Virus record (IMG/VR): IMGVR_UViG_3300012156_000175 | Reading direction: 5' to 3' (one strand) | Length of the DNA: 64,000 bases | Source of the DNA: a virus | Lineage: Duplodnaviria > Heunggongvirae > Uroviricota > Caudoviricetes | Shown here: positions 37,651 to 46,656 of the stretch, piece by piece | How positions within the stretch are numbered: the stretch's first letter is position 1 | Layout: every line of letters starts with the position of its first letter | Translations under genes and position numbers: made by a program | The notes under the pieces: model-generated | Seen by the model: only the letters and a program-made list of their open reading frames with translations | What the model was told of the DNA's origin: nothing | Database searches by the model: none

Positions 37651-39639
37651 CTAAGTCACATGATTAATATGTGATTTGAATGATAAGGATAATTTTAAAA
37701 AGTTTTTTTGAACATATTTAGTTGGCATTTCATCAATAAATCGGCTATGCTTCATTCGTTGGTACTTGCCATTTACCATGCGAGATGCTGCAGAAGTAAT
37801 AGATAATGATTCGATTGCTCTAGTAATCCCGACATAACATAATCTGCGTTCTTCTTCAAGTTCTTTACCAATTAAAGACATAGAAGAAGGAAAAACACTA
37901 TCTTCGAGGCCAACCATATAAACTTTTTTAAATTCCAATCCTTTAGATGAATGCAGAGTCATCAGAGTAATCTTTTCAGCTTTCGTATCTTTATCAGTTG
38001 TTGAAACTAATGCAATGTTTTCTAATAATTTATCAAGCTTAAATGTACTATCTTCATTTTCAAATTCAATAACTTTATTTAACAATTCATCAATATTCTC
38101 TTTCTTACTTGTAAATATCTCTGGCTCTGTAGATTTTTCTAACTCATCTAAATAGCCCATATCAGATATAATATGGTTTAAGTATTCATGAATAGAATAA
38201 GAACCATCACCAGATATATCTAATACACCACTTTTGGCTAATCGATATTTCAACGATTCTATTGTATCAGTGAATTCAGCAATAGTAGCAGCAGTCTTTT
38301 TAGAAACAGATGGTATTGTAGAGACTTTTAATAAAGCCTCATAAAAAGTTAGTTTATTGTCTTTCGCATGTTTTTCGATTTTCGTAACTGTTGTTTGACC
38401 GATTCCTCGGCGTGGTACATTTAAAATACGTTTTACAGATAGAAAATCAGAAGAATTGGAAATTATCTTTAGATAAGCAATTAAATCCTTTATTTCCTTT
38501 CTTTGATAAAAGTTAAGTCCACCTATTATCCTGTATGGAATATTATAACGAATGCACGATTCCTCAAAAAGTCGAGATTGGGCATTGGTTCGATATAAAA
38601 TTGCAATGTCTGAATAAGAATAGGTTCCACTGTAGATATCTCGAATTACGGAATCGGCTTCATTATTAGATGTTTCAAATTCTGTATAGACCACCTTTGG
38701 CCCTGTGGTCTTATTTGTCCTTAACGTTTTTTCTGCTCTGGTAGTATTGTTTTTGATAACGGCATTGGCAGTATTTAAAATATTAGAAGTTGAACGATAG
38801 TTTTCTTCCAGTTTAATAATCTTAGCTTCAGGATATATGTCCTGAAAACCTAAGATGTTGTTAATATCTGCACCTCTAAAACTGTATATTGACTGATCAT
38901 CATCTCCAACTACAAATAAATTTTTATGTACTTCGGCAAGAAGAGAAACTAACTGAAATTGCATATTATTCGTATCCTGATATTCATCCACCATTATATA
39001 ATGAAAATCATTCTGATATTGCTCTAATGCTTCAGGATAATCAGTGAACAGTATATATGTTTTTAATAATAAATCATCAAAATCCATTGCATTGTTTTCA
39101 AATAGCAAATCTTCATATTCTTCGTAACATTTTTTCATCTTTTCTTCGGTTGAATTAGTTGAAAAATAGTTTTCAGGTGAAACACCTTTACTTTTCAACC
39201 CAGATATAAAACTCAATGTAAGCTTTGGATCGAGATGTCTATCATACGATAAATCTTTTATTATCTTCCGAATCAAAGCTTTCGAATCATCAGAATCATA
39301 AATTGTAAAATTATTTCCATAACCCAATAAATAAGCATGTTTACGCAAAATTTTAGCACACATTGAGTGAAAAGTCATTACCCACATAGATTCAGAAGCA
39401 GGGCCAATAAGTGATTGTATTCGAGATTTCATTTCATTGGCGGCTTTATTGGTAAATGTTATAGCAAGAATACTAGCCGGATTTATTTTCTTAGAATCTA
39501 TTAAATAAGCGGCTCTATATGTTAACACTCGGGTTTTTCCAGAGCCGGCTCCCGCAAATACCAAAACCGGACCATCAAGAGAAAATACAGCACTGACTTG
39601 TTCTGGGTTCATGGTTTCTAAGATATCAATTATTTTCAT
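37651..39639 (-). CDS. ATP-dependent DNA helicase, UvrD/PcrA/Rep (SF1A) family
   Basis: Motif I AGAGSGKT, a TFHS motif, motif II VDEYQDTN, and LYRTN/QSR motifs. 662 aa. It leads the small-gene array on the same strand. Confidence 0.85.
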   Translation of the reverse strand: MKIIDILETMNPEQVSAVFSLDGPVLVFAGAGSGKTRVLTYRAAYLIDSKKINPASILAITFTNKAANEMKSRIQSLIGPASESMWVMTFHSMCAKILRKHAYLLGYGNNFTIYDSDDSKALIRKIIKDLSYDRHLDPKLTLSFISGLKSKGVSPENYFSTNSTEEKMKKCYEEYEDLLFENNAMDFDDLLLKTYILFTDYPEALEQYQNDFHYIMVDEYQDTNNMQFQLVSLLAEVHKNLFVVGDDDQSIYSFRGADINNILGFQDIYPEAKIIKLEENYRSTSNILNTANAVIKNNTTRAEKTLRTNKTTGPKVVYTEFETSNNEADSVIRDIYSGTYSYSDIAILYRTNAQSRLFEESCIRYNIPYRIIGGLNFYQRKEIKDLIAYLKIISNSSDFLSVKRILNVPRRGIGQTTVTKIEKHAKDNKLTFYEALLKVSTIPSVSKKTAATIAEFTDTIESLKYRLAKSGVLDISGDGSYSIHEYLNHIISDMGYLDELEKSTEPEIFTSKKENIDELLNKVIEFENEDSTFKLDKLLENIALVSTTDKDTKAEKITLMTLHSSKGLEFKKVYMVGLEDSVFPSSMSLIGKELEEERRLCYVGITRAIESLSITSAASRMVNGKYQRMKHSRFIDEMPTKYVQKNFLKLSLSFKSHINHVT

Positions 39640-39728
39640 TTCATACCTCCAAAATATAGTTTTTAATAGTATGATTTATTATGCTTCTTTTTTATAAATA
39701 CTACATTATAGGAAGGAGGTGAAAGATA

Positions 39729-41072
39729 ATGAAAAGGATAATAATTATAATGATATTGTGTTTTTGTTTCACTTATGTTTTGGGAATTATTTATTATAAG
39801 GATAAATTTCTTCCCAATACATATATAAATAAAATTGATGTTTCAAATTTGGCAGAGGAAGATGCCGTAAAAATAATCGAAGATAATACAAAAAACTCAT
39901 ACACTTTGACAATTCAAGAACTTGATAATAAAGAGGAAATAATTAAAGGGAATGAAATTGAGTTAAATGCTTATGCTGATATAAAAAGCCTGATTGCTCA
40001 GCAAGATAATATACTATGGATAATATCATTTTTTAAATCAAATAATTATAATCTTGTCCCTAAAGTTGACTTTAATGAAGAATTATTAATAAAAAAAATC
40101 GAGTCACTAGGCTGCATAAAATATGGGAAAAATCCTATGAATGCGTATATATCGGAATATATAAAAGATAAGGGTTATGAAATTATTAAAGAAGATAATG
40201 GGTCATTAGTAAATAAAGATAGTCTGATAGGAAAAGTTCAAGAAAAAATAAGAAATCTAGAAGGGACATTAGATTTAGAAAATGAGGACTGTTATGAAAG
40301 AGTAACAGTAACATCAAATGATAGTTCACTAATCGAAGTAGTAGAACAACTTAATTCACTATTAGCAACTAAAATTATATATATATTTGGCAATGACAGT
40401 ATAGTGCTAGATGCAAACACTTATTATCTGTGGATCGTTGATTCGGAAGACGGATTATCAATTAATAAAGATGAAGTTTTAAACTATGTTGATACCCTGG
40501 CGAATCAAACCGATACAGTATATACTACCAGAATTTTTGTAACAACATCCGGAGAATCTGTAAATGTTCAGGGTCCATATGGGTATCAAATAAATAAAGC
40601 TGCTGAAGTAGAACAAATAATTATAGACATAGAATCAAGGACAGAGGTTACAAGAGAGCCAATATACAAGTCAAAAGGAGATTCAAGACATGGTTACGAC
40701 TATGGAAACACTTACGTGGAAGTTAATTTAACAAACCAAATGGTTTATTTATATGTCGATGGACAGCTTATCAAAACTTCAAAATGCGTAACAGGCAATG
40801 TTTCAAAAGGTCATACTACACCGGCAGGAATATTTCCATTAACGTATAAACAAAAAGATAAAGTCCTTAGAGGACCTGATTATGCATCGCCAGTTAAGTT
40901 CTGGATGCCTTTTAATGGTGGGATTGGTTTACATGATGCTTCTTGGCGGAATACATTTGGCGGAACAATTTATAAAACAAATGGATCACACGGCTGTGTT
41001 AATTTACCATATGATATGGCGAAAACCCTATATGAGTCAGTCTATTCAGGAATGCCTGTCATATGTTATTAG
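39729..41072 (+). CDS. L,D-transpeptidase (YkuD) family protein with an N-terminal membrane anchor
   Basis: C-terminal catalytic motif HGCVNLPYD. N-terminal TM segment. 447 aa. Confidence 0.7.
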   Translation: MKRIIIIMILCFCFTYVLGIIYYKDKFLPNTYINKIDVSNLAEEDAVKIIEDNTKNSYTLTIQELDNKEEIIKGNEIELNAYADIKSLIAQQDNILWIISFFKSNNYNLVPKVDFNEELLIKKIESLGCIKYGKNPMNAYISEYIKDKGYEIIKEDNGSLVNKDSLIGKVQEKIRNLEGTLDLENEDCYERVTVTSNDSSLIEVVEQLNSLLATKIIYIFGNDSIVLDANTYYLWIVDSEDGLSINKDEVLNYVDTLANQTDTVYTTRIFVTTSGESVNVQGPYGYQINKAAEVEQIIIDIESRTEVTREPIYKSKGDSRHGYDYGNTYVEVNLTNQMVYLYVDGQLIKTSKCVTGNVSKGHTTPAGIFPLTYKQKDKVLRGPDYASPVKFWMPFNGGIGLHDASWRNTFGGTIYKTNGSHGCVNLPYDMAKTLYESVYSGMPVICY

Positions 41073-41214
41073 CGTTAAAACTAAATTGTCTAAATTGTGG
41101 AAAAAAGAGGATATCAATTCTCTTTTTTATTTTTTATCCACATTTCAAAATTTTCTTACATACTATTTGAGCTTGAACATTATTTACCTAATTAAATTGA
41201 AACAAAACTTGCCA

Positions 41215-41765
41215 TCAGTAAAAATGGAAGGATCTGAAGTGGAAGATGTCATCTTACGACTTCACTATCTGTCTGGATGCCGTGCCAGGATAAAAACGTA
41301 TAAGGCTCACATGGCCAATGCAAAAAGAATGTCGGACAGGAACAAGACCTCACACCTTGTCTTTATTACTGCCCGTAAATGGTTAAGATACGCTGAAAGA
41401 CCATCGGCTAAGTTTTAATTGTTACATAATAAAATGAATACGACAATTAAGATATGCTTAAAAGTATGGCGTGGAGGTCACCCGATATTTTATCGGTTAA
41501 TCTGGCAGGATATGATGACTAATACCTGCGGAAAGTGTTTGGAACTGGAAACGGTTCATGGTGAGGGCAGATTGAATCACTTATAAACACGTTTTACTCT
41601 AAGATGTAGAGTAGCAGTCTGAAAGGTGTGTATGTACGGATACCCTCAGCGAAACGACGGAGTACTATTAAGTTGGACTTTTCCTATCTTCACTGATAGG
41701 GAAAGTCTGCCCTGATATAGCCGTTTCCCTAGCTCTCTCCAGAGTATATAATACGAGGCACTATC
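41215..41765. ncRNA. candidate large structured non-coding RNA / GC-rich island (unclassified)
   Basis: A ~550-nt segment at about 45% GC inside a 30% GC genome. Multiple inverted repeats (GGGAAAGTCTGCCC/…GTTTCCC, CCTGATA…TATCAGG, GTACGGA…AGTAC). The only ORF inside has no RBS. Confidence 0.25.
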
Positions 41766-41841
41766 AGGCAATAATTATCAAAAAAAGTTGAGGATTATTA
41801 CATATTATGTTTAGCCAATAATTACGAAAGGATTGATATTA

Positions 41842-42414
41842 ATGAAAACAATTGCTATTGCAGGGTGTATGCCTAGAATAGGTGCTACAACTCAAGCGCT
41901 TCAGGCAGTTCAAGTTTTGAATTCAGTAGGATATAAGGCAGCTTACCTTGAGTCAAACAGAAACCAATATTTAGAACAACTAGTAAATGTCTATGCCAAT
42001 ACAAAAGAAACGAAAGAGTCAATTCAAAGCTCAGGTGTTGTCATGTATAAGCGGAATTATGCTCAGATTGCAAATAAGTCAAATCTTGATTATCTTGTTA
42101 AGGATTATGGTAATATTGATTCAGCTAATTTCGAAGAGGCTTCGTTTGCTGAACAAAAAATAAAAGTAGTGATATGTGGGTCAAAACCGAATGAAATATT
42201 TAAGACACAAGCAGTGTTAGAAAATCCTATTTACGAAGAGACTTTTTTTGTTTTTTCTTTTGTCCCTGAAGACGAGAGGGTGGCTATATTATCAATGATG
42301 TCAGAAAACGCTAATAGAACATTTTTTACAGATATCATATTGGATCCATTTATAGAACATCCAAGTTCTAAATCTCTTTTTCAAAAAATCCTAAGTCTTG
42401 ATAATTTGAGGTAA
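41842..42414 (+). CDS. hypothetical protein
   Basis: 190 aa with an N-terminal KTIAIAGCMPRIGATTQALQ. No confident family assignment. Confidence 0.45.
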   Translation: MKTIAIAGCMPRIGATTQALQAVQVLNSVGYKAAYLESNRNQYLEQLVNVYANTKETKESIQSSGVVMYKRNYAQIANKSNLDYLVKDYGNIDSANFEEASFAEQKIKVVICGSKPNEIFKTQAVLENPIYEETFFVFSFVPEDERVAILSMMSENANRTFFTDIILDPFIEHPSSKSLFQKILSLDNLR

Positions 42415-42418
42415 AACC

Positions 42419-42745
42419 ATGGAAAATAATAAATTCAAAAGTGTATTGCAAGAGAAAGTAAATAAAGATAGAGAAAATGCTAAAAAAGATGAAGAGTTAA
42501 GAAAAGAATTTGGCATTGAAGCCGGTCGCACTGTTGGAATAAAAGTACATAAAGATAATATTTTGGTAAGTTTATGGAATATTTCATTAGACATTATTCG
42601 TTTTATTATGAAAGTTGTAATTTTTGGATTAGCCGCTGTTGGTGCATATGCTATCATAAATCCCAGCTCAAGAGAAGTATTGCTCATTATATTACGAGAA
42701 TCAATTGAGCAGATAAGAGTATTCGCACCATTTTTACCTATATAA
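42419..42745 (+). CDS. small membrane protein
   Basis: Start codon 1 nt after the stop of the previous gene. Hydrophobic C-terminal half. Confidence 0.45.
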   Translation: MENNKFKSVLQEKVNKDRENAKKDEELRKEFGIEAGRTVGIKVHKDNILVSLWNISLDIIRFIMKVVIFGLAAVGAYAIINPSSREVLLIILRESIEQIRVFAPFLPI

Positions 42746-42829
42746 ATAGCTAGTAGGCTCTTTTCTGTTATTTTATAAAAAATCATACATTATATTTATG
42801 TGTAAAAAACAAAAAAGGAGATTTAAACT

Positions 42830-43243
42830 ATGAATTGGTATTGCCCAGATTGCAAAATTGCAATTCCAGATAAAAAAAAGTGTTGTTCTCGATGTGGACT
42901 CCCAGGTATGCCTGAAGATGAATATTTGACTTATGTAAAAAGCGAAGAAGAGCATGACGGAAACCCATTAGAAACGGCGTTTGCAGGTATTGCGACTCCA
43001 GAAGTTCTGGTAGGAGAGGCATCAGAAGTTCCAGTAACAAAAGAAGCCGTGTCAGAAGAGCCTAAAATTAGTCTCCAGACTACTGCTGAAAATGATGATA
43101 GGTATTATACTGAAGAAGATGATTACGAAGATAATGAGGCTGATGTAGACAGTGTAAAAACAGCAATTAAAAACATTGCAGTAATTGCCGGTATAATTGG
43201 ACTTGCCATGGTTATTGTACGGGTTATTGTGAAAAAGAAATAA
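42830..43243 (+). CDS. zinc-ribbon protein with a C-terminal TM anchor
   Basis: RBS AAAAAGGAGATTTAAACT precedes the ATG. CPDCK…CSRCG ribbon. C-terminal hydrophobic helix plus KKK. Confidence 0.5.
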   Translation: MNWYCPDCKIAIPDKKKCCSRCGLPGMPEDEYLTYVKSEEEHDGNPLETAFAGIATPEVLVGEASEVPVTKEAVSEEPKISLQTTAENDDRYYTEEDDYEDNEADVDSVKTAIKNIAVIAGIIGLAMVIVRVIVKKK

Positions 43244-43245
43244 AT

Positions 43246-43271
43246 AGAGAGAGGATAACCCTCTCTTTTCT
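43246..43271 (+). terminator. rho-independent terminator (AGAGAGAGGATAACCCTCTCTT)
   Basis: Hairpin plus T-run. Confidence 0.55.
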
Positions 43272-43328
43272 GATTCTAATAGCATTTTTTTAAGAGAAGA
43301 TATGTCATTATTTAAATGGAGTAACAAC

Positions 43329-43805
43329 ATGAACGAAATCAAAGAGTTACAAACGGATAATACAAAACTAATTAAAAATATAATTATTATTGCAATCAAT
43401 AAATTAGAAAAAACCGATGTAGCAATTCAACAAGTGGCATCATCTTTGATAGTCGCCTACTTACTGGAATTAGGCTTTGTTTTTGTCCCAGAAAATTTAT
43501 CTAGTTTATTAGCTGATATTATTGCTTTGTGGGAAAAATCAAATAAAACAACTGAAGAAAAACAAGTGGCAGAAAGACTAATAGAAAAAATATCAAATCA
43601 AATATCAAAAGTAAATAATGTCAAATTAGTGAACTATAGCAATGAATCTTTTAATTTAGTTGAACAAAATCATACAAGCGAGGAAGATATATTTTTTTGG
43701 GTCTTGGAACACATTGAATCAGTGATAGATGCTAAAAAAGAAATTGTACAATTGAATCAAGATAATGTAATGAATAAACTTAACACCTTTTTATCAAGGG
43801 AATAA
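43329..43805 (+). CDS. hypothetical protein
   Basis: GGAG RBS precedes the ATG at Met10 of the track ORF. Confidence 0.45.
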   Translation: MNEIKELQTDNTKLIKNIIIIAINKLEKTDVAIQQVASSLIVAYLLELGFVFVPENLSSLLADIIALWEKSNKTTEEKQVAERLIEKISNQISKVNNVKLVNYSNESFNLVEQNHTSEEDIFFWVLEHIESVIDAKKEIVQLNQDNVMNKLNTFLSRE

Positions 43806-43882
43806 TTAAAAAAACACTTGTCGGACATAAATATGATTTTGGAAACAAAAAAAACAGTCTAATGACTGTTTTTTAAGATTAT

Positions 43883-44086
43883 TTAATCGTTACCCTCATA
43901 CCCATTGAAATATGCAAACAATGGCTGTTTAATTCCTTCCATACCAGCTTCCTCAACTGTAATACCATTAGGATATTTCTGGCTGATGTAGTTCCAGGAT
44001 GGTTCATCTGGAAGCGGAGCAGCAAATACATTAAACGGAATTAACAACATACAACTTAATGATAACAGAAACATCAATCTTTTCAT
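43883..44086 (-). CDS. small secreted protein (signal peptide)
   Basis: GAAGGAG RBS. MKRLMFLLSLSCMLLIPFNVFA signal. Confidence 0.5.
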   Translation of the reverse strand: MKRLMFLLSLSCMLLIPFNVFAAPLPDEPSWNYISQKYPNGITVEEAGMEGIKQPLFAYFNGYEGND

Positions 44087-44215
44087 TTTTAAATCTCCTT
44101 CTTCTCTTTATGGTTACATAAATATTGTGTATTATATTTTGAAAAGATAATTGAGAATTATTCAAATTGAGAAAAACTTTCATAATAATTTTAGAAAACA
44201 AGAAAGGATTAATAT

Positions 44216-46567
44216 ATGTTTGGTCAATCAGTTAAAAAGATGAATAAGATTGTTGATAAAATAATCTCTTATGAAAATACAATGAAATGTTTAACGGATA
44301 ATGCCCTTAAAGAGAAAACGACTGAATTCAAAAAAAGGATTCAATCTGGCGAAAGTTTAGAACAGTTACTTCCAGAGGCTTTTGCTGTAGTAAGAGAGAC
44401 TTCCCGAAGAGTTACAGGGATGGAACATTTTAGAGTACAACTCCTTGGAGGAATTGCTCTTCATAAAGGCTATATTGCTGAAATGAAAACAGGAGAAGGA
44501 AAAACATTAGTATCTACCTGCCCAGCATATCTAAATGCCTTGACTGGAAAAGGAGTATATATTGTCACGGTAAATGACTATTTAGCCAAAAGAGACTCAG
44601 AACTAATGGGCCAAATACATCGGTTCCTCGGATTAACAGTTGGAACTGTATTAAATGAAATGAATTCTATGCAGAGACAGGAAGCGTATAGTTGTGATAT
44701 CACTTATGTTACCAATAATGAATTGGGCTTTGACTATTTGCGAGATAATATGGCTCTTTCAAAAGAGCAGCAAGTATTAAGAGGAATTAATTATTGTATT
44801 ATTGATGAAATAGATTCGATCTTGATTGATGAGGCCAGAACACCTTTAATTATTTCTGGCCAAAGTGAACGTTCAACCAGTCTATATGTAGCGGCAGATT
44901 TTTTGGCAAAAAAAATGAAAAAAGGTGAATCGCTGGATTATAGGAAATCTGATTTTCTAACTGGTCAAGAAATTAAGGAAGCGGGAGAGTTTATTCTGGA
45001 AGAAAAAGAGAAAAACGTTCATTTTACGGGCAGAGGTATTAGCCAAATAGAAGATTTTTTTCATATTACGAATTTGTCAGAACCAGCGAATATAGATATT
45101 CAACATCATATGTATTTAGCATTAAAGGCTAATTATTTGATGCATAGAAATAAAGACTATGTAGTTAAAGGTGATGAGATTTTAATTGTTGATGAGTTCA
45201 CCGGCCGAACAATGCAAGGCCGAAGATATTCAGATGGATTACACCAGGCAATTGAAGCCAAAGAAAATGTTGATATAAAAAAAGAGTCAAAGACAATGGC
45301 CGCAATTACATTTCAAAATTTTTTTAATAAATTTGAGAAAAAATCAGGTATGACAGGTACTGCAAAAACAGAAGAAAAAGAATTTAAATCGACATATCAT
45401 ATGTCGGTAGTAGAAATACCGACATATAAGCCGGTAATCAGAAAAGATAATACAGATATGGTATATCAAACAAAGAAAGAAAAGTTTAATGCAGTGATAG
45501 AGGCTATTAAAGTTGCATATCAAAAAGGACAACCGGTTTTAGTGGGAACCGTTTCGATTAGAACCTCAGAGTTGCTTTCAAAAATGTTAAAGAAACGAAG
45601 CATTCCTCACAACGTTTTGAATGCAAAAAACGCAGAAGCAGAGGCATCTATTATTGAAGAAGCCGGAAAATATAAAGCTGTAACAATTGCAACTAACATG
45701 GCAGGGCGTGGTACAGATATCAAATTAGATGACATGTCCCGGAAAATTGGTGGATTAATTATTTTAGGTACAGAAAAACATGAATCAAGACGTATTGACA
45801 ATCAGCTCAGAGGTCGTGCCGGCCGACAAGGAGATCCGGGAGAATCATGTTTTTATGTTTCATTAGAAGATGATATAATGAAGTACTTTGGCTCTGATAA
45901 AACGAAACAGGTGTTTGAACAAAATGACGTTCAGCCAGGTGAAGCTATTCAACATAAACTATTAGCCAAGTATGTTGAAAAAGCACAAAAAATAATAGAA
46001 AGCAACAATTATGGAGTACGAGAGCAGCTACTTAATTTTGATAACACTAATAATGATCAAAGAGAAATTATTTATAAAGAAAGAAATGATATACTGCAGG
46101 ATGCTGATGTCAAAGAAACAATGTTAAATATGATCAAAGATACCATATTTGAGCTAAGCCAAAATTATGTACTTGAGGATGATGAAAATGCTACAGAAGA
46201 GTTTATCACTAAAGCACATGAATTTATTCCATTAGAACTTAATTTAGAAAAATGCAAGAACTTAAAAAGGCATATGTTATTAAAGTTTCTCTACAATAAA
46301 GTTGATGAGTTTTATCAAAGCTTTGAAAGTAGATTTGAAAGTAAAAACGAAATCCGGGAATTAGAAAGACGTATACTATTAAAAGTTATTGATATTAATT
46401 GGATGAACCATATTGATGATATGGATAAACTAAAAGAAGGCATCTCATTACAAGCATATGCTCAACATGACCCAGTAATTGAATACAAAATAGAAGCATA
46501 TAAAAAGTTTGAGGAAATGATTGCAAATATAAGGAAAATGACAGTCAAAACAATTTGTAACATATAG
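44216..46567 (+). CDS. secA: preprotein translocase ATPase SecA, short form lacking the C-terminal Zn tail (SecA2-like accessory SecA)
   Basis: Full SecA motor motifs (KTGEGKT, DEVDSILIDEARTPLIISG). Only 783 aa, with no CxxC C-terminal tail. Confidence 0.88.
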   Translation: MFGQSVKKMNKIVDKIISYENTMKCLTDNALKEKTTEFKKRIQSGESLEQLLPEAFAVVRETSRRVTGMEHFRVQLLGGIALHKGYIAEMKTGEGKTLVSTCPAYLNALTGKGVYIVTVNDYLAKRDSELMGQIHRFLGLTVGTVLNEMNSMQRQEAYSCDITYVTNNELGFDYLRDNMALSKEQQVLRGINYCIIDEIDSILIDEARTPLIISGQSERSTSLYVAADFLAKKMKKGESLDYRKSDFLTGQEIKEAGEFILEEKEKNVHFTGRGISQIEDFFHITNLSEPANIDIQHHMYLALKANYLMHRNKDYVVKGDEILIVDEFTGRTMQGRRYSDGLHQAIEAKENVDIKKESKTMAAITFQNFFNKFEKKSGMTGTAKTEEKEFKSTYHMSVVEIPTYKPVIRKDNTDMVYQTKKEKFNAVIEAIKVAYQKGQPVLVGTVSIRTSELLSKMLKKRSIPHNVLNAKNAEAEASIIEEAGKYKAVTIATNMAGRGTDIKLDDMSRKIGGLIILGTEKHESRRIDNQLRGRAGRQGDPGESCFYVSLEDDIMKYFGSDKTKQVFEQNDVQPGEAIQHKLLAKYVEKAQKIIESNNYGVREQLLNFDNTNNDQREIIYKERNDILQDADVKETMLNMIKDTIFELSQNYVLEDDENATEEFITKAHEFIPLELNLEKCKNLKRHMLLKFLYNKVDEFYQSFESRFESKNEIRELERRILLKVIDINWMNHIDDMDKLKEGISLQAYAQHDPVIEYKIEAYKKFEEMIANIRKMTVKTICNI

Positions 46568-46568
46568 A

Positions 46569-46597
46569 AAGAAAGGACTTTGTTCCTTTCTTTTTTG
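46569..46597 (+). terminator. rho-independent terminator (GAAAGGACTTTGTTCCTTTC plus T6)
   Basis: Hairpin plus T-run. Confidence 0.55.
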
Positions 46598-46656
46598 TTT
46601 CTTTTTCTGTTCTTTCATACTAGTTATATAAAAAAGATAAAAGGAGAACAGATAAT

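Noticed and set aside
40882-41418. 178-aa ORF overlapping the 3-prime end of the L,D-transpeptidase gene and extending into the GC-rich island
   Set aside because: The first half overlaps ldt in another frame. The remainder has no RBS and an odd composition. More likely non-coding (see the ncRNA candidate).
41215-41765. Identification of the GC-rich island as RNase P RNA, tmRNA, SRP RNA or a group II intron
   Set aside because: Signature strings are absent: GGAAAGTCCGGGC-type P4 plus GGGTAA…GAGC for RNase P, a GGGG…TCCACCA frame for tmRNA, a domain V AGC-triad hairpin for group II introns. Only a loose GGGAAAGTCTGCCC resemblance exists.
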